Source of the DNA: Octopus sinensis
Lineage: Eukaryota
Assembly (NCBI RefSeq): GCF_006345805.1
Contig: NW_021828845.1
Location: forward strand, 1 to 7,502
Length of the DNA stretch: 7,502 nt
Reading direction: 5' to 3'
A program made the position numbers and the translations under genes. Below the pieces are notes generated by a model, which was given only the letters and a program-made list of their open reading frames with translations, was not told the DNA's origin and searched no databases. This document shows, piece after piece, positions 1-5,332 of this stretch (positions are counted from its first letter, which is position 1; the number at the start of each line of letters is the position of its first letter).

Positions 1-19
1 GATCACCTACAGAAATATG

Positions 20-197
20 TTGAAGGGTTTTTAGTCGAAGAAATCGAACCCAGGACTTCTTTTTTTGAGCCTAGTACTTATTCTATCGTTCTCTTTTGCC
101 AAATCGCTACATTACGAGGACGTAAACACATTAATACCAATTGTCAAGCGGTGGGTGGCGGCGGTTTTAGGGGTTGAAGAAACAAAGAAATATACGC
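20..197 (-). mobile_element. SINE family A, 3' body fragment (portion downstream of the internal microsatellite)
   Basis: The reverse complement (…GCTTGACAATT…TTTACGTCCTCGTAA…AAAAGAGAACGATAGAATAAGTACTAGG…TTCGACTAAAAACCCTTCAA) aligns by eye with 3206-3346 of the near-complete copy in this window. Confidence 0.8.
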
Positions 198-254
198 ATA
201 TATATAATATATATATATATCTATATATATATATATATATTATATATATATATC

Positions 255-309
<55 letters not shown>

Positions 310-320
310 ATATATATATA
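198..320. repeat. (TA)n microsatellite, interrupted
   Basis: Direct reading. Confidence 0.98.
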
Positions 321-326
321 GATTTT

Positions 327-549
327 AATTGACAGAATGAGATGAAAACACCAAGGCAGTAAATAGATTTCATAACATTTCCAAGAAAAGGTCTTACAGC
401 TGTTTCCGGGATGTTTTATATATCCCTTCCGCACCATCTCTGATGAAGGGATATATAAAATATCCCGGAAACAGCTGTAAGACCTTTTCTTGATAAATGT
501 TATGAAATCTATTTACTACATTGGTTGTTTTTATCTCATTCTGTCAATT
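327..549. repeat. Long inverted repeat (fold-back): arms 327-429 and 445-549, 15-nt loop; probably two Penelope-like pLTR-end fragments head to head
   Basis: Manual alignment of the arms gives 5 substitutions and 2 single-base indels over ~105 nt (~93%). The Penelope-like origin is inferred from the hammerhead motif. Confidence 0.93.
437..482 (+). ncRNA. Minimal type I hammerhead ribozyme motif (HHR1), Penelope-like type
   Basis: TCT(437-439)-CTGATGA(440-446)-A-GGGATAT/ATATCCC stem II (448-454/460-466)-G-GAAA(468-471)-C-AGCT-GTA(477-479, cleavage triplet)-AGA(480-482). Helix III palindrome is ACAGCTGT. Stem I is only 3 bp and stem II is closed by an A.G mismatch. Confidence 0.7.
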
Positions 550-709
550 TATATATATGCATGCTAATACGTGACCCACGTTGGACTCCTCACTCGTATC
601 ACTATCGAGCCTGGTGCTGCACCATGGTCTATCCATACCACTTACTTAGCGTCTACCTGATACATTTTGGGTCTTTCTGACACCAATACCTTTCATACTC
701 CTACATATC

Positions 710-712
<3 letters not shown>

Positions 713-750
<38 letters not shown>
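713..750. repeat. (TA)n microsatellite
   Basis: Direct reading. Confidence 0.98.
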
Positions 751-753
<3 letters not shown>

Positions 754-854
754 GATGGGTTTCTTTCAATTTCCATATACCACATCCACTCACAAAGCTT
801 TGGTCGGTCCGAAGCTATAGTAGAAGACCCTTGCTCAAGGTGCCATGCAGTGGG
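751..854 (-). mobile_element. SINE family A, 5' region fragment
   Basis: ACGATGGGTTTCTTTCAATTTCC…CCACTCACAAAGCTTTGGTCGG…CAAGGTGCCATGCAGTGGG matches 2731-2830 and the reverse complement of 2960-3072. Confidence 0.88.
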
Positions 855-1037
855 TTGCATTGTTTTGGCTTTGGAAAAATATATAATCAAAAGCATATAT
901 GAGACGATGCTATACTACTCTATTACTAGACGTACAATGATCTCTTTCCCTAGGCATTCAGACACTAATAACCAGTTGTTAGAATTTCATATACTTATCC
1001 TTTAGAGTATAAACATTAAATGAGTACCGGGAGTAAT

Positions 1038-1242
1038 ATTAATTTCAAATTTTGGTACAAGTCCAGCAGTTTCGGAGGATGTGGTAAGTCGATTACATAG
1101 ACCCTGACTGTTCAACTGGTATTTATTTTATCAACCCCGAAAGGATAAAATTGACCTCGGCGGAATTTAAACTCAGAACGTAAAAACGGACGAAATGCCA
1201 TTAAGCTGTCATCCGGCGTGCTAACGATTCTGCCAGCTCGCC
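1038..1242 (-). mobile_element. SINE family B (tRNA-like head), near full length
   Basis: The minus strand starts GGCGAGCTGGCAGAATCGTTAG (A-box-like) and contains GAGTTTAAATTCC (B-box-like). The body aligns with the + copy at 3694-3884. Confidence 0.85.
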
Positions 1243-1302
1243 AGTACATGGCGTAATATCAATAAATTAACTCCTGTTCTTTTGTCATTCACTAAATGAG
1301 AT

Positions 1303-1306
1303 TCTA

Positions 1307-1340
<34 letters not shown>

Positions 1341-1374
1341 CTGTCTGCTGTCTGTCTATCTATCTATCTATCTA
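1303..1374. repeat. Compound (TCTG)n(TCTA)n microsatellite
   Basis: Direct reading. Its last TA is the left mariner target site. Confidence 0.95.
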
Positions 1375-1567
1375 CGTGGTCTGATCAATAAGTATCCGAA
1401 CTGTTGCTCTAGTAACAAAGCTAAAGCACGCAGAGTGAAGCTGCTGGCACAGATTGACTTTGATCTTTGCTGAGCATGCGCACTAAGTTTTAACGTTCTA
1501 GCTCACTCCCCCTGTTTACAGAAGTGTTTGGAAGTAGAGTGTGTATTGTGTAATTGTGGTATTGACC

Positions 1568-1650
1568 ATGACAGACAAAGTTGAGCAGAGAATCTGCATC
1601 AAAGTTTGCCAAAAGCTTGGCGATATCTGCTCAGAGGTCTACGCAAAGTT
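1568..1650 (+). pseudogene. Mariner transposase N-terminal fragment (left arm)
   Basis: MTDKVEQRICIKVCQKLGDICSEVYAK resembles the mariner N-terminal motif EQR.CIKFC.KLG. Confidence 0.85.
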
Positions 1651-2071
1651 TTCGAAAAGCTTGCATCATTCTCCACACAATGAAGATCTTGTGCAACTTG
1701 AAACCCGAGTGTCCTTTTGGTTAGTTGAATGCAGTTTTGGCACAAACTTGCAGACACGCTTCTCATACCCAAATCTGCAGTGATAATGGACTGAACTGAA
1801 CCGTAACTAATCTGCACATTCTCTGAAAACTCACGGATGGTGATTCGACGATTTGCCCTCACAGGTGCATGTAGATCTGCGATGTTATTCTCAGTTCTGC
1901 TGGTTGCGGCTTTCCCAGAACGTCCATCAATATCGACATTTTTCCGGCCATCTTGGAAACATCTAAACCACTCGCTCACTTGTGTGCGGCTCATACATTC
2001 CTCTCCATGCACTTTCTGCAACTTTGTGTAGGCCTCTGAGCAGGTATCGCCATGACAACTTCCTCGGTCAT
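1644..2071 (-). pseudogene. Mariner transposase pseudogene, DNA-binding region only, ending just before the catalytic DD34D domain
   Basis: Peptide …MSRTQVSEWFRCFQDGR…RSG…NRRITIRE…SYGSVQSII..DLGM fits the mariner helix-turn-helix regions. Frameshift repair gives VSA-KFVPKL (WVPHEL-equivalent linker) then VAQDL..VENDASF. There is a net 31-bp deletion after ATGACCGAGGAAGTTG. Confidence 0.92.
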
Positions 2072-2265
2072 GATCAATGCGACAATCACACGCTACACAC
2101 CAACTTTCCAAGCACTGCTGTAAACAGCGGAAGTGAGGTAAAACGTTAAAACTTAGTGCGCATGCACAACAGAGTTCAAGGTCAATCTTTGCCTAGTGGC
2201 TTTACTCTGCATGCTTTAGCTTCGTTACTATGGCGACAGTCCTGATACTTATTGATCAGCCCTCG

Positions 2266-2293
2266 TATATATATATATATATATATATATATA
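2266..2293. repeat. (TA)n microsatellite
   Basis: Direct reading. Confidence 0.97.
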
Positions 2294-2559
2294 AGTAAAT
2301 ATAAGTGATTTTTACCAGTCTGTATAGTTTGAACATTTAGTTCACCTTGCACGTTACTTCAAAAGAGAAATCTACTTCCAAGTCTTTGAACATTTTTTCA
2401 ACCAATATATCCCTCTTTATTTGTTCTCTACTTAATATTTCTTTACCCCTTCTCTTCCTAGGGTCAGCCTTTGACGTCAGATCTACTAACAGGTTTTTTA
2501 AAAATATACTTAATAGCGTTCTGTTTATCATTTATGCAGTCATCAAAATTGTTCTCTTT

Positions 2560-2625
2560 CTTTCCTGATGAGAAGATTTTTACACCGAATAAAACCAATG
2601 TTGTCTTCGAAACATATGTTGAAAG
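2560..2625 (+). ncRNA. Minimal type I hammerhead ribozyme motif (HHR2)
   Basis: Stem I CTTTC(2560-2564)/GAAAG(2621-2625); core CTGATGA (2565-2571); stem II GAAGA(2572-2576)/TCTTC(2604-2608) closed by G-C; GAAA (2609-2612); helix III C-ATAT-G inside the perfect palindrome AACATATGTT; NUH triplet GTT (2618-2620). Confidence 0.82.
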
Positions 2626-2640
2626 TATGCTCACACATAC

Positions 2641-2650
2641 ATAATATATA

Positions 2651-2715
<65 letters not shown>

Positions 2716-2730
2716 TATATTACATATATA
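2641..2730. repeat. (TA)n microsatellite, interrupted
   Basis: Direct reading. Confidence 0.97.
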
Positions 2731-2864
2731 CGACGGGCTCCTTTCAGTTTCTGTCTACCAAATCCACTCACAAGGCTTTAGTCGAACCGGGGCTATAGTA
2801 TAAGACACTGCCCAAGGTGCCACGCAGTGCGAAGGAACCCGGAACCATGTGGTTGGTAAGCAAG
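2731..2864 (-). mobile_element. SINE family A, 5' region (tRNA-like head and following domain)
   Basis: The minus strand reads CTTGCTTACCAACCACATGGTTCCGGGTTC…GCACCTTGGGCAG…GAGTGGATTTGGTAGACAGAAACTGAAAGGAGCCCGTCG, homologous to 2952-3072 and 751-854. Confidence 0.9.
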
Positions 2865-2951
2865 ATATATATAATGTGTGTGTGTCGGGAACGTCAAATG
2901 AAGGTTGAGTAAAACAAAGTGTTAATCATGTTCTATGGAAGAAATATATAT

Positions 2952-3400
2952 ATGGTTCCAGGTTCAGTACTACTGCATGACACCTTAAGCAATTGAATTC
3001 TATTATACCTCCGGGCCGACCAAAGACCTGTGAGTGGATTTTGTAGACGGAAACTGAAAGAAGCTAGTCGTATACACGCACAAACACACACACACACACA
3101 TACACACACACACAGACACACACACACAGACAGACACACACACACAGACAGATACACACACAGATACACACACACACGCACAATGTGTGTTTATCATTGT
3201 GATTGTCTTCCATCACCGATTGACAACAAGCGTTGGTTTGCTTACGTCCCCGTAAATTAACAGCTCGGCGTGAAGAGACCAATAGAATAAATACAAGGTA
3301 TAAAAATATAAGTACTAGGAACAATTTTTTCGACTAATCCTTTCAAGGCAGTGCCCCAGTATTGCCGTGGTCCAATGACTGGAACAAGTAAAAGATAAAA
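2952..3400 (+). mobile_element. SINE family A, near-complete copy: truncated head, internal (CA)n tract, body and 3' tail
   Basis: Head 2952-3072 matches the other heads and body 3200-3346 matches the reverse complement of 20-165. The tail AAGGCAGTGCCCCAG…AATGACTGGAACAAGTAAAAGATAAAA ends A-rich. Confidence 0.88.
3076..3180. repeat. (CA)n/(CAGA) compound microsatellite internal to the SINE
   Basis: Direct reading. Confidence 0.96.
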
Positions 3401-3406
3401 TATAGT

Positions 3407-3560
3407 AGGCAAAGAATTCCAGAGTGGGTGACAATGTCATGGGAAGTATTTGGTAAAAATGCGGCCCTTGTAGATCCTAGACGAGAGTAGTTCAGACAAT
3501 ATGGGTAACGATAGAGCAAATACACGTGTCTCGAATAGGCTCGGAGGAGTACGCAACCGG
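3407..3560 (-). mobile_element. Possible highly degraded CR1/L2/Jockey-type LINE ORF2 C-terminal remnant
   Basis: A minus frame reads YFP*HCHPLWNSLP (LWNSLP at 3424-3407), resembling the conserved FFPRT..LWNSLP motif. Upstream similarity is weak and the right-hand boundary is approximate. Confidence 0.35.
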
Positions 3561-3693
3561 TTACATACGAGAAACATAAGATATTAGAGTCACAATACAT
3601 AAGAAAGGGTGATAGAAGATAGTACATCTGTACTCTATCCATGAATCTGTGACCTCGCGCTAAGACAGAAACCAATATAATTATATATTGCCC

Positions 3694-3884
3694 GCGCCGG
3701 GCAAAATGCTTAGCTGTATTTCGTCCGTCTTTACATTTTGAGTTCAAATTCCGCCGAGGTCGATTTAACCTTTCATCCTTTCGGGATCGATAAAATAAGT
3801 ACCAGTTGAGCACTGGGGTTGAAATAATCGACTTATTTCCTCCCCTGAAATTGCTAGCCTTGTGCCACAATTTGAAACCAATAT
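3694..3884 (+). mobile_element. SINE family B, 5'-truncated
   Basis: Contains GAGTTCAAATTCC (B-box-like), GCCGAGGTCGATTTAACCTTTCATCCTTTCGGGATCGATAAAATAAGTACCAGTTG and the end CCTTGTGCCACAATTTGAAACCAAT. Aligns with the reverse complement of 1038-1220. Confidence 0.88.
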
Positions 3885-4020
3885 AAATTATACATGCTTA
3901 AGAGAGTCGTTAGATTGTCGAACAAAATAGCATATTTTAAGTTCTCAGTTCAAATACTGTCTTTCATTTTAATATTTTGTGGTTTGTGGCAGGATATCAA
4001 TGTTAGAAATGAATATAATT

Positions 4021-4221
4021 ATAATTTCTGTTGTTTAAACACAAAGCCCATTGATTATTAATTTTTGGCGGGGGATGAGTATATTACTGGTATCCGTTAA
4101 ATTGACCTTCGGAAAGAGGATGAGAGGCAAAGTCGACCAGAACTCAGAATAAATAGAAGGATGAAAATAAATACTGTCAGGCTTTTTAGTCTGTTCAGTC
4201 TACAGTTTCTGGCAACTCGTC
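4021..4221 (-). mobile_element. SINE family B-like, old degenerate copy
   Basis: The minus strand has GACGAGTTGCCAGAAAC (cf. GGCGAGCTGGCAGAATC) and TTCTGAGTTC…GGTCGACTTTGCCTCTCATCCT…ATACCAGT. Confidence 0.55.
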
Positions 4222-4238
4222 TCCTTTACTAAAAATAT

Positions 4239-4330
4239 AGGCGCGCGCGCACACTCACACATACACATACACTCATGCATGTATACGTATATAATAGGCG
4301 CGCGTGTGTAAGTGTGTATTTGTATATGTA
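4239..4330. repeat. Mixed alternating purine-pyrimidine tract (GC)n/(CA)n/(TG)n
   Basis: Direct reading. ATAGGCGCGCG occurs twice. Confidence 0.7.
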
Positions 4331-4894
4331 TTGAGATATTTTTATCAGCCTATGTATGTTTTTAAAGTGAAAGATAGACGAAGATAATCATAACAATAAA
4401 CAAACAATACAAGAACATTGTACTCTGTTGTGTCAGACGTATCAAATGCTTCAAAACATTGATATTTCTCGCGTAATCTGCGACAATGTCTATTTATTTT
4501 AACAAGACATTCTCAGACGTCTTTTTTTCTTTCCCAGCTACTAAATTCTCTGATATTATACGCTACACAATTGCAATATAACTGAAACAGTTTTCAGTCT
4601 AAGAAGACAAATGGTACGTAAATTCTTTACAGAAATTTCTTACATTTCCTTCTCATTGTATCATAATATCTTGCTACACAGAATAAGAGAAAGTTCTAAG
4701 CTCTTAGCTGGCGTGATGCCCCGCCTATACTATGCAGAAGATATAAACAGATGCTTGGTCATCACAGAGGCAAATGGCTACACACTTGTATTTATAATGT
4801 ATGTCTGCAGGACCGGTTGATGATCAATTAACGACCTAAGCACTGCTCCAAATTGCTTTTTCCATGACCCTTTTGTTGTCTAACTGACGTCAAA

Positions 4895-5010
4895 CTAGGT
4901 TAGTGGTTAGAGCGTCGTGTGGTATTTGTACCTACTCTCGGTGTTCTGAGTTCAGATCCTACCGTAGTCATTGCGTTTTTTTCTTTACGGGTTAATAAAA
5001 TTAGTACCAA
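4895..5010 (+). mobile_element. SINE family B-like degenerate copy (may extend to ~5100)
   Basis: TAGTGGTTAGAGCG (A-box-like), TTCTGAGTTCAGATCC (B-box-like) and TTTACGGGTTAATAAAATTAGTACCA (cf. TTTCGGGATCGATAAAATAAGTACCA). Confidence 0.5.
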
Positions 5011-5332
5011 TCCACCTTGTACTACGGCCTACTTGGGTAGTAGACTTAACTCGACGCCCAGCTTAAAACCTCTCCCTGGCATTTTGGGTGCCTTTGGTCG
5101 AATCCACCTTCTTACAAGACTTTAGATCAGGTCACCAGTTTGAGGTTACCTTCCTCCCTCCTGCCCACTTAAGTCTTGGAGACCCGGTAAAGGGTGATGG
5201 GCTTCACCTTTCCTTCTGACTAAAAAGATAGAAGCAAATTTCAAAATATAAGTACTGAAGGTGAAATAACATAAAAATTCGGGGTTCTTCCTAACCTTAC
5301 GACTTAAATGAGACGTTTTTAGTTATTAATAA

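Larger units (their letters stand above)
1375..2265 (-). mobile_element. Defective mariner (Tc1/mariner) element, 891 bp, with long inverted arms 1375-1650 and 2020-2265
   Basis: TA at 1373-1374 and 2266-2267. Termini CGTGGTCTGATCAATAAGTATCCGAACTGT vs CGAGGGCTGATCAATAAGTATCAGGACTGT (26/30). Both arms contain the transposase start (ATG at 1568 + and 2071 -). Confidence 0.92.

Noticed and set aside
65-310. ORFs rich in IY repeats (65-310, 667-1005, 693-896)
   Set aside because: Translations of (TA)n tracts and SINE sequence, which lack stops in some frames.
560-712. Non-repetitive block between the hairpin and the (TA)n tract
   Set aside because: Probably part of the same insertion, but no motif, ORF or in-window homolog supports a call.
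1599-2111. 170-aa ORF as an intact transposase
   Set aside because: It lacks the true N-terminus and the catalytic domain, has internal compensating frameshifts, and its last residues read through the inverted arm.
2337-2531. 64-aa minus ORF with a basic stretch (PRKRRGK) next to HHR2
   Set aside because: Short, no recognisable RT or GIY-YIG motif, in-frame stop immediately upstream, and antisense to the ribozyme. Unassigned.
2933-3324. ORFs rich in VC/HT repeats (2933-3181, 3003-3197, 3030-3260, 3064-3324)
   Set aside because: Products of the (CA)n tract inside the SINE.
3343-3870. 175-aa minus ORF
   Set aside because: Runs across a SINE B copy, a degraded fragment and a SINE A tail, with no coherent protein family.
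4478-4520. Minus-strand CTGAGAA followed by a TGTCT/AGACA stem
   Set aside because: Core mismatch at G8 and no GAAA or helix III, so not a hammerhead.
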